Assembly (NCBI RefSeq): GCF_963921235.1
Contig: NC_086097.1
Location: forward strand, 111,168,001 to 111,232,000
Source: Mobula hypostoma
Taxonomy: Eukaryota
Direction of reading: 5' to 3'
DNA length: 64,000 bases
The notes under the pieces are model-generated. The model searched no databases, was not told where the DNA came from, and saw nothing but the letters and a program-made list of their open reading frames with translations. The position numbers were made by a program, and so were the translations under genes. Shown here one piece after another: positions 1 to 13,800 of the stretch. Each line of letters opens with the position of its first letter. Within the stretch, counting starts at the first letter, position 1.

Positions 1-200
1 GTACATTTTGGATCACTGGGCTTTATCCAATGACCTTTCGATGAACATCAGTCATAGCCCCCTCAACTTCTTCCACTCCAGGGAAAACAGACGAAGATTC
101 TCCAACCTCTCAACAAAAATATAAACACTTCATCCCTTGTGACATCCTGCTGAATCTCCTCTGCACCCTCTCTAACACAATCACAACCTTCCTGAAATGT

Positions 201-493
201 CAAGCACAAGAAAATCTTCAGATGCTGGAAATCCAAAACAACACACACAAAATGCTGGAGGAACTCCGCAGGTCAAGCAGCATGTATAGAAAAGAGTAAA
301 TAATCAATATCTCAGTCCAAGACCCTTCATTCTTCACAGAGGGGGATCAGTGAGAGAGGGTTTCACTGAACTCCCAAAGGGAAGATTTAAACTTCTTCAG
401 GGTAGGCATCCCTTTGAAGAGACTTTGCAGTGGAGTAGTTTTCATAGATGCTGGCTGGCCTGCTGAGCTCCTCCACCATTTTATGTGTGTCGC
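201..493. mobile_element. Short Penelope-like terminal (pLTR) fragment with inverted ends
   Basis: acacacacaaaatgctggaggaactc..gcagg..gcagcat (241-290) recurs inverted at 445-492. Same terminal motif as the other PLEs in the window. Flanks ttcctgaaatgt / ttcctaaagtgt resemble a decayed TSD. Confidence 0.55.
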
Positions 494-813
494 TTCCTAA
501 AGTGTGATGCCCAGAACTGCATGCTGTACTCCAGTTGAGGCCTATCCTAAGATTTATAAAGTTGGACGATAATCTCCCTGCTTTTGTATTCACTGCTGTG
601 ACTAATCTGTTAATGCTGCTAACATGCCCACGTCAACCACCATTTCTGGCAGCTCAGTTCATATGCACACCATATCGCCCAGTAATTTCCATAACCTTCT
701 ACACTGTTCAACGTGAGCAATTTTAGTGTCGTCCACAAACCTAATGACCGTGCTTTGTACATTTACATCCAAATAATTTGTATAAAATTACAAACAACCC
801 CAGCACCAACCCT

Positions 814-927
814 TGTGGCACACCTCTAAACGTGTGGCACCCCTCTAAATGTGTGGCACCCCTCTAAACGTGTGGCACCCCTCTAAATGTGTGGCACCCC
901 TCTAAACGTGTGGCACACCTCTAAACG
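814..927. repeat. Minisatellite, 6 x 19 bp (tgtggcacMcctctaaaYg)
   Basis: Six contiguous 19-bp units with no spacers, derived from the GVPQG-coding part of the host CR1. Confidence 0.95.
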
Positions 928-1204
928 AAGGCCTCAAGTGCAAAAAACAACCCACTACATCACCTCTGCTTCTTACTACTGAGCCAATTTTGAATCCAAT
1001 TTTCCATGTCCCCCTGGATCCCACAGAATTTAACCTTCCAGACCATGTTAAAGACCTTACTGAAGCCAATATAATTGTCCACTGCCCTTCCCTCATAAAT
1101 GCTCTTGGTTATCTCCTCAAGGAACTCCATTATATTTGTAAGAAACAGCTTCCCACACACACAGCCATGCTGATTGTCCTGAATTGGACCCCAGTCTCTC
1201 CAAA

Positions 1205-1940
1205 TGTTGGAAGAAGGCATGGAGAGCCATCCTAACTGTAAACTGTGCCTACTGTTGTCAGGTCTTTTGCCATTGGCACCCAGCCAGCTGCTCCAACCCT
1301 GGGGATTGTGTCTGGCTGTCCACCTGAGATCTGCCCCTATGCACCGACTCCTGCAACCTCTCACCCCAGTTCATTGGTCCCATTAAGATTATCCCACTGG
1401 ATCAACCCAGTCACTTACTATCTACATCTGCCATCATCCCTTTGGGTCCCACATACCTTCCACATGTCCTACTTCAAGCATATTATCCACGGACCACTCG
1501 ACCCGCATGAATCTGCACCTCTGGAACCTTGGGTGGTGGAAGGTGGTCCAGTGTACACAGTTAACTGGTTGATGAATTCATGCCATTTTGGACAGGGTGT
1601 GCAGTATCTGGTTGAATGGGAAGGATATGGCTGGGGAAGAGATCTGGGGTGCCATCCAGTTACAACTTGAATCCAACCACCACACCCACCTGGATCGGCT
1701 TGGGCCATTGGGGGCCGGCCGTGGGGAGGGGAGAGGGTCCTGTCAGGTCTGCACAGGCAGGCACCTCCCAGTCTCCACCCAGCTAATGAACCACCCGCCA
1801 CTCGCTTCCAACCCATCACCTGCAGTCAGTTTAAACTCAGCTCTCACCCACAGTCCTTGTTCACTCAGAAGAACCAGCCACCCTCAACCAGATGCTCCTA
1901 GTCATCAGTTACATCTCATGATAAGTATTGGTTCTGTCAT
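1205..1940 (+). mobile_element. Gypsy/chromovirus 3' remnant: integrase C-terminus, chromodomain, PPT and start of 3' LTR (~1741)
   Basis: ORF 1245-1670 contains GPL..NPVTYYLHLP...PTFH.S..K and a chromodomain-like EGGPVYTV....GQGVQYLVEWEGYG. Purine tract ggggaggggagaggg is followed by tgtcagg at 1741. Confidence 0.8.
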
Positions 1941-2235
1941 GTTTTGCCCAGGCCTGCGCCCTGGAAATTTTCCTAGGTGAAAATCCATGGTCTCATGAGA
2001 CTAACAGATGCCTATATATATAAAAAAAAATCTGAGACATCCCTGACTCTGGCACCTGGGAGGCACAACATACCTTCTGGATGTCAGGGAATGTAGAAGA
2101 GGTTTGATCCACATGCACAACAGCAGAGACAATCTAGTGGTGAGATTCAAGAACAGTTACTATCCCTCAACCATCAGACTATTGAATAAAAGGGGATAGC
2201 TACACTCATTTAAGAACTCTTTTATCTTGTTATTT

Positions 2236-2980
2236 CAATGGTTCATGGTTCAGTTTATTATCAGAGAATATATACAGTACACAACCTGAAATACTTGTCT
2301 TCGCAGACTTCCATGAAAAACAGAACCCAAAAATAAGAGAGAAATGTTAGAACCACAGAGCCCCCTCTCCCACCTCCCCCATGCAACCTGCAGCGAGCAT
2401 CAACACAACAACCTCCTCCCTCCCCCTCCCCCAAACATTTCAGCAGCAAGTGTCAGTGCCCACCACCCACCAAGCAACGGCAAAGCATCCAAAGAGAAAC
2501 CATGCTCTGCAGTCAACACAAACTATTATTCACCCGACAGTTTGAGAGGCTCTCTCTCACTAACAAGGCACAGAGAGATATCACCCATTTTCACAGCGAA
2601 AGGGGAGACTGACAGTTGCTGTTACGATATTACAGTCTGCCGCGTCACTTTTCCATACATATGCCACAGCAAAATCCTGATGGTCCATCTCCCGCGACAC
2701 CTCAGTTGGCAACTCCAGCCTGAAATCAACCATCCTCAGGGCCGTGCAAGGCTGCACCCTGGAGGCGCCATCTTCCAAATCACGCCTGGAGAATGTTGGG
2801 AAACGGTTGGCCAACGAGCTCCAGGATTGGGAACTCAACCGTCATAAAAAAAAACGCAGTTTGAGTGTCACTTGCAAATCAGGACCTCGACAGAACCCCA
2901 ACTACCTTGAAAAGGAAAAAAAGAGACATTAGAGAGAGGAACCTGAGCTCAAAGAGGCAGCCACTTGGCGCCATCTTAAC
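2236..2980 (-). mobile_element. Non-autonomous LINE-derived (L2-like) element
   Basis: Minus strand starts aagatggcgcc (a typical LINE 5' end) and ends ctctgataataaactgaac(catgaac) tail. No coding capacity. Inserted in another L2-type 3' tail (2130-3160). Confidence 0.5.
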
Positions 2981-3365
2981 TCCACCCCATGCTCATTATT
3001 TATTGCTATTTACTTATATCTGGATTTCCACAGTTTGTTTACAGTTTACTTTTGCTGTTCTATAGATTTGCTAAGTATGTCTGCAGATAAAGAATCTCAG
3101 GGTTGTATGTGGTGACATGTCTGTACTTTGATAATAAATACTACTTTGAACTTTGAACTGATTAGTTTTGAGGGGATGATGGTATTAAATGCTGAGCTGT
3201 AATTGATAAAGAGCATCCTGATGTAGCATTTTTGCTTTCTAGATGTTCCAGGGTTGTGTGAAGAGCCAATGAGGTGGTATCTGCTGTGGACCTGTTGCTC
3301 TTTATATCTTTGTATCATCTGTGAATATACTAACCCACCCATCATACCATTATATATATATACTA

Positions 3366-3425
3366 GTATGGGATCTCTGCTGTTTATGATATATATATAT
3401 AGCATAAACAGCAGAGATCTCATAC
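3366..3425. repeat. 60-bp near-perfect palindrome with (TA)n centre
   Basis: gtatgggatctctgctgtttatg-(at)n-cataaacagcagagatctcatac; the arms differ at one position. Confidence 0.9.
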
Positions 3426-4816
3426 ATTCCCTGTGGAACAGTACAAGTCATGGACCTCCAGGCAGAATACAACCTCACCAATCACTTTGGTCACCTTCTC
3501 AAAAACTCAATGGTTGATGAGACATGACCTGTCCAGCACAAAATCATGCTGAGTGTCCCTAATTAAGATTTGCTCGTAAACCTCATCCTTGTGAATGCTC
3601 TCCAATAGTTTCCCTACCAATCACATGAGACTCAATGGCCTATAATTTACTGGAATATTCCTTTTTTTTTGAGGGAGAGGCAAGAGTCACAGTTTTTGAT
3701 TGGAGAGGTATATAGACTGAACCTGACGTTTAAGTGCCGGGCCGGATCAGCACAGTCCAGTACAGGCTGAATGGAGCTGGCAGGGTCTGGGCCCCAGAGC
3801 ATACCAAAGTGACTGAACCCTATATTTGGACAACAATTTAAGTGCTGGGCCAAATCAGAAGGGTCAGGTACAGGCCAAATCAAGGTGAGAGGGTCCAGGC
3901 CCCAGAGTGATTCAAAGTGGCTGAACCCTATGTTTGGATGATGATTTAGGTGCTGGGCCAGACTGAAGAGGTCAGTGTGTCAGGGCCCAAGGCAATGGAT
4001 GGGCCAATCCCAGGTTTACTCATCTCTGTGCTAAACTGAGGGTCTGTGGATGAACTTTCTTTGTGGATTTCAGTTCAGAATGCTGTTTGCTTGTATTTAT
4101 TGTTTGCCTGATTTGTTTTTATTTGGCCCACACATTGGGTGTTTGACGGTCATTTTTAATGGGTTCTTTTTGGGTTTCATTGTTTTATGGCTACTTGTTA
4201 GGAGACAAATCCCAAGGTTGTATAATGCATACATACTTTGATAATAAATGTATTTTGAACTTTGAAGAGGAATCATTTAGAAGGATAAATGCCAAAACTG
4301 GGCAAATGGGAATAGCTTAAATGGGAATCTTGGTTGGCATGGATCAGCTGAGCTTAAGGGTCTGTCTCCATGCTGTATTCCATCTGGAGCTCCTGATGGA
4401 TTGTGTCAAGGAACTGGAGCTGGAGCACTTCACGTTCAAAATCAACAGGGATGAGCATCATCGATTAGAGTTTGAGTGAGTGGGTTACACCCAAGGTGCA
4501 GGCTCCAGGTAACCAGATGACTACAAGAAAGGCAAAGGGCTGAGAGTGCAAAGGTCTCCTGTGGCCTTGCCTCTCAGCAGAGAAGGGTGCAGTCAGACAG
4601 AGTTACAGTGATAGGAGACTTGCTAGTTTGGGGACAGTCACGAGATTCTTGTAGACAAGATGCTAGGGTGTGTGTTGCTTTCTGGATGCCAGGGTCAAGG
4701 ATGTTTCTGGGCAGATGTGGAACATTCTCAAGGGGGAGGGTGAACAGCCAGAGGATATTGTGCACATTAGTACCAACATCAAAGGTAGAAAGATGGATGA
4801 AGCCCTGTATGGTGTA

Positions 4817-5516
4817 TGTAGCCCCCCTGGTCACCCTCAGGGTCGCTCGGCTCGCTGTCGTCTAGGGAAACAGCCTCGGCCCCGCCAAACTGGGTAATTC
4901 GTTTGTGTGGATGCTGTGTGAGGTATCCCACTCCGCCCAAATAACAGACAATACACCAGATGCAATTAAATGATTTACAGTTTATAGATATTACTAATTC
5001 TATGACATTAATATGCATTTGATACCGAGAGGAAAGTAATGGGGGAAAAAAAAAGGCGCCAACACTTATCAAAGTTCAATCTCGTCGTGCACAAAAACCG
5101 TTGGGAGCTCAAGGACCTCCTTCTTCACCCTGCGACCACCTCGACCGGCCGCCTGGGACCAACAACGGTGGTCGACCAGACGCTCCACACGAGTCCGTCT
5201 CCGTCTCCTCGCCGAACGTCCCGCTCGGGGTCCGACCCCGTTAGCGGACTCACAGCACCTGGTCCATCCTCTGTCTCGCTCTCCCACCTTCTGCCCCAAA
5301 CCCCCTCGCAAACAGTATCTTCAAATACACCAAAACCATAACAACTATCCCAATTGGTTAATAGCACCCTCTTATCACCCTCTAAACCACAATAAGCTGC
5401 TAGCGCAAACTTTCTCAGCGTTAAAGCACAACAAAGCCGCATTCTCCAGATTAACATAACAAAAACGCCATTTTAATTAGCCTCCGCAGTAACATAAAAG
5501 TCGAAACCCCCTTACA
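4817..5516 (-). mobile_element. Solo LTR (700 bp)
   Basis: TG...CA termini with short inverted ends (tgtagcccc / ccccttaca) and 4-bp TSD tgta (4813-4816, 5517-5520), inside CR1 ORF1. Strand is tentative. Confidence 0.8.
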
Positions 5517-6090
5517 TGTATAAAAGAAGTAAGGAGAGAATCTAAACAGCACGAACTGAAGAGCAGTAATCTTTGGTTTACGTCAAGTGTCACATGCTAG
5601 TTAGAGTAGAGAGATAGCTGACGTGAATGTATGCCTGAAGAGCTGGTGCAGGGGGCAGGGATTAAAATTCTTGGTTCTTTGGTATCTCTTCTGGGGTGGG
5701 GCTGACCTGTACAAGACAGAGGGGTTGCACCTGAGCGGGAAGGCTGGAGATTTGCATGTGCTACTCCGGAGGGTTTAAACCAGAGTGGCAGAGGGTAGTG
5801 CCCTGAGCAGTCGAGTGACTGATGAGTAATCAGGGAATAATACTGTAGACAATGGAGGAAATTTAGCTGTCAGGATAGACGGGGAGAGTAAAGGGAGAGG
5901 AAGAACTCTTAAATTTAAACTGCATTTATTTCAATGCAAGCGTTTGACAGATAAGGTGGCTGAACTCAATGTGTGGATTGGCTCTGGGAACTCGGATATC
6001 ATACCCATAATAGAAAACATGGCTGAGGGAAGGACAGGACCTGGAAGCTCACTGTACCAGGATATAATGTAGATACAAATATATTATACA

Positions 6091-7526
6091 TTTTAAAAAA
6101 GGAGGGAGAGAAAAATCGGGGAATTATAGACCAGTTAGCCTGACATCGGTGGTGGGGAAAATGCTACAGTCAGTTATTAAAGATGTGATAACAGCACATT
6201 TGGAAAGCAGTGAAATCATTGCACAAAGTCAGCATGGATTTGTGTAAGGAAAATCATGTCTGACGAATCTCATAGAATTTTTTGAGGATGTAACTAGTAG
6301 AGTGGATAGGGGAGAACCAGTGGATGTGGTATATTTGGATTTTCAAAAGGCTTTTGACAAGGTCCCATACAGGAGATTAGTGTGCAAACTTAAAGCACAC
6401 GGTATTGGGGGTAATGTATTGATGTGGATAGAGAATTGGTTAGCAGACAGGAAGCAAAGAGTGGGAATAAACGGGACCTTTTCAGAATGGCAGGCAGTGA
6501 CTAGTGGGGTACCGCAAGGCTCAGTGCTGGGACCACAGTTGTTTACAATATATATTAATGACTTAGACGAGGGAATTAAATGCAGCATCTCCAAGTTTGC
6601 AGATGACACGAAGCTGGCGGCAGTGTTAGCTGTGAGGAGGATGCTAAGAGGATGCAGGGTGACTTGGATAGGTTAGGTGAGTGGGCAAATTCATGGCAGA
6701 TGCAATTTACTGTGGATAAATGTGAGGTTATCCACTTTGGTGGCAAGAACAGGAAAACAGATTATTATCTGAATGGTGGCAGATTAGGAAAAGGGGAAGT
6801 GCAACGAGACCTGGGTGTCATTGTACACCAGTCATTGAAAGTGGGCATGCAGGTACAGCAGGCGGTGAAAAAGGCGAATGGTATGCTGGCATTCATAGCA
6901 AGAGGATTCAAGTACAGTAGCAGGGAGGTACTACTGCAGTTGTACAAGGCCTTGGTGAGACCACACCTGGAGTATTGTGTGCAATTTTGGTTCCCTAATC
7001 TGAGGAAAGACATTCTTGCCATAGAGGGAGTACAAAGTAGGTTCACCAGATTGATTCCTGGGATGGCAGGACTTTCATATGATGAAAGACTGGATCGACT
7101 AGGCCTATACTCTCTGGAATTTAGAAGATTGGGGGGGGGGGATCTGATTAAAACATATAAAATTCCAAAAGGATTGGACAGGCTAGATGCAGGAAGATTG
7201 TTCCCGATGTTGGGGAAGTCCAGAACGAGGGGTCGCAGTTCGAGGATAAAGGGGAAGTCTTTTAGGACCGAGATGAGGAAAAACTTCTTGACACAGAGAG
7301 TGGTGAATCTGTGGAATTCTCTGCCTCAGGAAACAGTTGAGGCCAGTTCATTGGCTATATTTAAGAGGGAGTTAGATATGGCCCTTGTGACTAAAGGGAT
7401 CAGGGGGTATGGAGAGAAGGCAGGTACAGGGTTCTGAGTTGGATGATCAGCCATGATCGTACTGAATGGTCGTGCAGGCTTGAAGGGCCGAATGGCCTAC
7501 TCCTGCACCTATTTTCTATGTTTCTA
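6091..7526 (+). mobile_element. Young 5'-truncated CR1 LINE (RT C-terminal half, 3' UTR, tttctatg tail)
   Basis: ORFs 6302-6676 and 6652-7437 contain [35 protein letters not shown], with one stop and frameshifts. Same subfamily as 10728-15248. Confidence 0.95.
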
Positions 7527-7889
7527 TACTCCAGGTATGAGAAAAGGGAGAGTTACCTTCTTGATGGAAGGGGACATAACAATGTTCCTTAGAGAGGATA
7601 ACCTTGTGAGAGTTATTCAGTGAGGCTATATGAATGGTAATAGAAAGGAGGCGGTCACTCTGATGGGATTCTTACAGCCCCCCTCCCCCTCATCAGTAGC
7701 TTGTGAGAATTGAAGGAGCATATATATACAGAGATTACAGCTAATTGTAAACATTATAGGGTAGCATCAGTGGGAGATACACTGTAACTTCACAAATATT
7801 GACTGGGCCAACCATTGTGTAAAAGGCTTAGATTGAGTGGAATTTGTGAAATGTGTCCAAGAAAGCTTTCTTGATCAATATATAGTGAA

Positions 7890-8710
7890 CAACGGTGCCA
7901 GGCAAATAACCTTTTCCTCAATGAAAAAAAGGAGATGGTTATCGACTTCAAGAGAACTTGCACCACTCACACCCCTCTTCACATCAGTGGCACCGTGGTG
8001 GAAACTCCTAGGAGAGCACATCTCACACAACTTCTCATGGACCCAGGACTCATTTCATACAATCAAAAAAGCTCACCAATGCCTCTACTTTCTGAGGAGG
8101 CTGAAGCAAGCTGGACTATGCACATATTGTAAGTATTCATGACCTTCTACAGATGCGAGCGAGAGAGCATCCTGACATGCTGTATCACTGCATCGTACAG
8201 AAACTATACTGTGACGGACAGGAAAGGTCTACAACAGGTAGTCAAAACAGCCCAGTGCATCACCAGCACCAGTCTACGCACCATCAGGGACACACTGTAT
8301 ATACAGAAAGGTGCTGGAAAAGGGCCAGTAACATCATGAAGGATCTCACTGTCACTGCTCATGGACTGTTTATCCCACTCGCATCAGGGAGATGGCCACA
8401 TTGCATCCACACCAGGAACCCAAACTCAAAAACAGTTACTACCCCAAGCAGTAAGGCTGATCAACACCACCACCCACTAACTCACCCCTTCACACCCCCA
8501 ACCACCAATACGTTCTCATTTCCTGTGCCCAGCATCACCTTATGAATATGCAATCAATCTATGTAAGTAAGCTGTCTTATGTATTTATATTTATTGTTTT
8601 TTAATTATTGAGTTCTTTATCGTATTTTTTTCATTTAGCACTAGATCTGGAGCAACAATCATTTCGTTCTCCTTTTCACTTTGTACTGGAAATGAATGAA
8701 GCAATCTTGA
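7890..8710 (+). mobile_element. Rex-Babar/L2-type LINE 3' fragment
   Basis: Broken frames MVIDFKR, IKKAHQCLYFLRRLKQ, FYRC..ESILTCCITA, and an AT-rich 3' UTR ending gcaatcttga. Confidence 0.7.
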
Positions 8711-9083
8711 TGACTTGATATAGGGGGACCCACTAGAGAGGATGCAACACTAGACGCCACCTGGGGAATGAGTTAGGGCAAGTGGTGGAAGTGTCAGCTG
8801 GTGAGCAATTCTGGTCCAGTGACCACTAGCATTAAAATAGTTAAGGAAAATAATGTGACCTGTTGAAGTTAGGGTCCTGAACTTGGAAAGAGCTAATTTT
8901 GAAGCCATTGGGCAGAATATAGCAATGGTTGATTAGGCAAGGTTGTTTTCAGAGAAAGAAGTGTCTGCCAAGTGGAAGTCTTTTAAAAGTGTGATCTCAG
9001 GAACCCAGGGCATGCATGTACCTGCAGGGTAAAGGACAAGGATGGAGTGCCTGGGATCCCTGGTTGACAAAAGATATTGAGGC

Positions 9084-10727
9084 AACACATACAAAATCCT
9101 GGAGGAACTCAGCAGGCCAGGCAGCATCTATGGAAAAGAATAAATGGTCCATGTTTCAGGCTGAGAGCTTTCATCAAGACTGGAGAAAAAAGAACTCAGG
9201 AAAGAAGGTGGGGGAGGAGAGGAAGAAGTACAAGGTGGTAGGTGATAGGTGAAACTGGGAGGGGTGAAGTAAAGAGCTGGGAAGTTGATTGATGAAAGAG
9301 ATAAAGGGCTAGAGTAGGGGGAATCTGATAGGAGAGGACACAAGGCCATGGAAGAAAGGGAATGGGGAGGAGCACCAGAGGGAAGTGATGGGCAGGTAAG
9401 GAGATAACGTGAGAGAGGGAAAAGGGGATGGGGATTGGTGAGGGGGGGGGGTGGCAGCAATACTGGAAGTTCAGGAAATCAATGTTCATGCCATCATTTT
9501 GAAGGCTACCCAGATGGAATACAAGGTGTTGCTCCTCCAACTTGAGTGTGGCAGTAGAGGAGGCCATGGACTGACATGCTGGAATGGGATTGGGAAGTAG
9601 AATTAAAATGGTGGCCACTGGGAGACCTGCTTTTACTAGCAAACAGAGCATAGGTGGTCAGCAAGGTGGTCTCCCAATTGACGTTATGTCTTACTGATAT
9701 ACAGGAGGCCACACCGAGAGTACTGGATATAGTAGATGACCCCAACAGATTTATAAGCGGTGTTGTCTTATCTGGAAGGACTGTTTGTAGTCCTGAATGG
9801 TAGTGAGGAAGAATGAGTAGGGGCAGGTGTGGTACTTGTTCCACTTGCAAGGGTAAGTACCAGGAGAGAGATCAGTGGGGAGGGCTCAATGTACAAGGAA
9901 GTCGCGTAGGGAGTGTTCCACGTGGAAAAGGGAAAGTGGATGTGGAGGCTAGTGGGGTGCTAGGTGTGGACAAGAGGAATCCTATCTCTGGTGGGGTGGT
10001 AGGTGGATGGGGTGAGGGCAGACATGCACAAAATGGAAGTGATGCGGGTGAGGGCTGTATTGATGGTGGAGGAAGGAAAGCCCCTTTCTTTGAAGAAGGA
10101 CAACATCTTAGTAATTCTGGAATGAAAAGCCTCATCCTGACAGCAGATGTGGTGGAGACGGAGGAATTGAGAGAAGGGGATGGCATTTTTACAAGTAATG
10201 GTGGGAAGAGGTATAGTCCAGGTAGCTGTGAGAGTCCACGGGTTTATAATAGACATCAATAGATAAGCTGTCTCCAGAGATAGAGACAAAGAGATCAAGA
10301 AAGGGGAGGAAGGTGTTTGAAATGAACCGGGTAAATTTGAGGGCAGGGTGGAAGTTGGAGCCATAAGGTGATGAAGCCGACGAGCTGGGCTTGGGTGCAA
10401 GAAGCAGCACCAATGCAGTTGTTGATGTACCATAGGGAAAGTTGGGGAATGATACCAGTGTAGATTTCGAACATAGACTGTTCCATGTAGTGAACAAAAA
10501 GGCAGAAATAGCTGAGACCCATGTGAGTGCTTATGTCTACACCTTTTGTTTGAAGGATGTGGAAGGAGCCAAAGGAGAAATTCTTGGGAGTGAGGGCCAG
10601 TTTTACCAGACGGAAATACACTACAAGATAATAATGACCAGCCCTGAGGAAGGGTCTCGGCCTAAAATGTCGACTGTTTATGCTTTTCCATAGATGCTGC
10701 CTGGCCTGGTGAGTTCCTCCAGCATTT
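9084..10727 (-). mobile_element. Penelope-like element (RT C-terminus plus GIY-YIG) with inverted pLTR at 10637-10727; last ~35 bp lie at 15249-15282
   Basis: Minus-strand remnants VYYKPVDSHSYLDYTSSH, CKNAIPFSQFLRLHHIC, KLEEQHLVFHLGSLQNDGMNIDF. 15-bp TSD (9069-9083 / 15283-15297). Split by the full-length CR1. Confidence 0.9.
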
Positions 10728-10824
10728 TAGAAACATAGAAACATAGAAAATAGGTGCAGGAGTAGGCCATTCGGCCCTTCGAGCCTGCACCGCCATTTAT
10801 TATGATCATGGCTGATCATCCAAC

Positions 10825-13800
10825 TCAGAACCCAGCCTTCCCTCCATACCCCCTAACCCCTGTAGCCACAAGGGCCATATCTAACTTCCTTTTAAACATA
10901 GCTAATGAACTGGCCTCAACAGTTTGCTGTGGCAGAGAATTCCACAGATTCACCACTCTCTGTGTGAAGAAGTTTTTCCTAATCTCGGTCCTAAAAGGCT
11001 TCCCCTCTATCCTCAAACTGTGACCCCTCGTTCTGGACCTCCCCAACATCGGGGACAATCTTCCCGCATCTAGCCTGTCCAATCCCTTTAGGATCTTATA
11101 CGTTTCAATCAGATCCCCCCTCAATCTTCTAAATTCCAACGAGTACAAGCCCAGTTCATCCAGTCTTTCTTCATATGAAAGACCTGCCATCCCAGGAATC
11201 AATCTGGTGAACCTTCTTTGTACTCCCTCTATGGCAAAGATGTCTTTCCTCAGATTAGGGGACCAAAACTGCACACAATACTCCAGGTGTGGTCTCACCA
11301 AGGCCTTGTACAACTGCAGTAGTACCTCCCTGCTCCTGTACTCGAATCCTCTCGCTATAAATGCCAGCATACCGTTCGCCTTTTTCACCGCATGCTGTAC
11401 CTGCATGCCCACTTTCAATGACTGGTGTATAATGACACCCAGGTCTCGTTGCACCTCCCCTTTTCCTAATCGGCCACCATTCAGATAATAATCTGTTTTC
11501 CTATTTTTGCCACCAAAGTGGATAACTTCACATTTATCCACATTAAATTGCATCTGCCATGAGTTTGCCCACTCACCCAACCTATCCAAGTCACCTTGCA
11601 TCCTCTTAGCATCCTCCTCACTGCTAACACTGCCACCCAGCTTCGTGTCATCCGCAAACTTGGAGATGCTGCATTTAATTCCCTCATCCAAGTCATTAAT
11701 ATATATTGTAAACAACTGGGGTCCCAGCACTGAGCCTTGCGGTACCCCACTAGTCACCGCCTGCCATTCTGAAAAGGTCCCGTTTATTCCCACTCTTTGC
11801 TTCCTGTCTGCTAACCAATTCTCCACCCACACCAATACCTTACCCCCAATACCGTGTGCTTTAAGTTTGCACACTAATCTCCTGTGTGGGACCTTGTCAA
11901 AAGCCTTTTGAAAATCCAAATATACCACATCCACTGGTTCTCCCCTATCCACTCTACTAGTTACATCCTCAAAAAATTCTATGAGATTTGTCAGACATGA
12001 TTTTCCTTTCACAAATCCATGCTGACTTTGTCCAATCCTTTCACCGCTTTCCAAATGTGCTGTTATCACATCCTTGATAACTGACTCCAGCAGTTTCCCC
12101 ACCACCGACGTTAGGCTAACCGGCCTATAATTCCCCGGTTTCTCTCTCCCTCCTTTTTTAAAAAGTGGGGTTACATTAGCCACCCTCCAATCCTCAGGAA
12201 CTAGTCCAGAATCTAACGAGTTTTGAAAAATTATCACTAATGCATCCACTATTTCTTGGGCTACTTCCTTAAGTACTCTGGGATGCAGACCATCTGGCCC
12301 TGGGGATTTATCTGCCTTCAATCCCTTCAATTTACCTAACACCACTTCCCTACTAACATGTATTTCGCTCAGTTCCTCCATCTCACTGGACCCTCTGTCC
12401 CTTACTATTTCTGGAAGATTATTTATGTCCTCCTTAGTGAAGACAGAACCAAAGTAATTATTCAATTGGTCTGCCATGTCCTTGCTCCCCATAATCAATT
12501 CACCTGTTTCTGTTTGCAGGGGACCTACATTTGTCTTTATCAGTCTTTTCCTTTTTACATATCTATAAAAGCTTTTACAGTCCGTTTTTATGTTCTCTGC
12601 CAGTTTTCTCTCATAATCTTTTTTCCCCTTCCTAATTAAGCCCTTTGTCCTCCTCTGCTGAACTCTGAATTTCTCCCAGTCCTCAGGTGAGCCACTTTCT
12701 CTGGCTAATTTGTATGCTACTTCTTTGGAATTGATACTATCCCTAATTTCTCTTGTCAGCCACGGGTGCACTACCTTCCTTGATTTATTCTTTTGCCAAA
12801 CTGGGATGAACAATTGTTGTAGTTCATCCATGCAACCTTTAAATGCCTGCCATTGCATATCCACTGTCAATCCTTTAAGTGTCATTTGCCAGTCTATCTT
12901 AGCTAATTCACGACTCATACCTTCAAAGTTACCCCTCTTTAAGTTCAGAACCTTTGTTTCTGAATTAACTACGTCACTCTCCATGTTAATGAAGAATTCC
13001 ACCATATTATGGTCACTCTTACCCAAGGGGCCTCTCACGACAAGATCGCTAATTAACCCTTCCTCATTGCTCAAAACCCAGTCCAGAATAGCCTGCTCTC
13101 TAGTCGGTTCCTCGACATGTTGGTTCAAAAAACCATCCCGCATACATTCCAAGAAATCCTCTTCCTCAGCACCTTTACCAATTTGGTTCACCCAGTCTAC
13201 ATGTAGATTGAAGTCACCCATTATAACTGCTGTTCCTTTATTGCACACATTTCTAATTTCCTGTTTAATACCATCTCCGACCTCACTACTACTGTTAGGT
13301 GGCCTGTACACAACTCCCACCAGCGTCTTCTGCCCCTTAGTGTTACGCAGCTCTACCCATATCGATTCCACATCTTCCCGGCTTATGTCCTTCCTTTCTA
13401 TTGCGTTAATCTCTTTTTTAACCAGCAACGCCACCCCACCTCCCCTTCCTTCATGTCTATCCCTCCTGAATATTGAATATCCCTGAACGTTGAGCTCCCA
13501 TCCCTGGTCATCCTGGAGCCATGTCTCTGTGATCCCAACTATATCATAATCATTAATAACAATCTGCACTTTCAATTCATCCACCTTATTACGAATGCTC
13601 CTTGCATTGACACATAAAGCCTTCAGGCACTCTTTTACAACTCTCTTAGCCCTTTTTAATGCTTGCCCTGGATTTGTCGGCCTGCCACTTTTACTTTTCC
13701 CCTTTGTACTTTTTGCTTCTACGCTCACTTTACACCCCTCTGTCTCTCTGCACTGGTTCCCATCCCTCTGTTGTGAACTAACCTCCTCACACCTAGCCTC

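Larger units (their letters stand above)
1..1200 (-). mobile_element. Old, decayed CR1 LINE ORF2 (RT) fragment
   Basis: Minus-strand translation gives CR1 RT remnants (LTNIMEFLEEITKSIYEGRAVD..FSKVF..WIQNWLSSKKQR; GVPQG near 810-830). Interrupted by a PLE end at ~201-493 and a minisatellite. Confidence 0.7.

Noticed and set aside
814..927. CRISPR-like short repeats
   Set aside because: Units are contiguous with no unique spacers, derive from CR1, and the context is eukaryotic with no cas genes.
3690..4010. Three degenerate ~107-bp tandem units
   Set aside because: Highly diverged and apparently internal to a common L2-tailed non-autonomous repeat ending at ~4265; nothing further can be supported.
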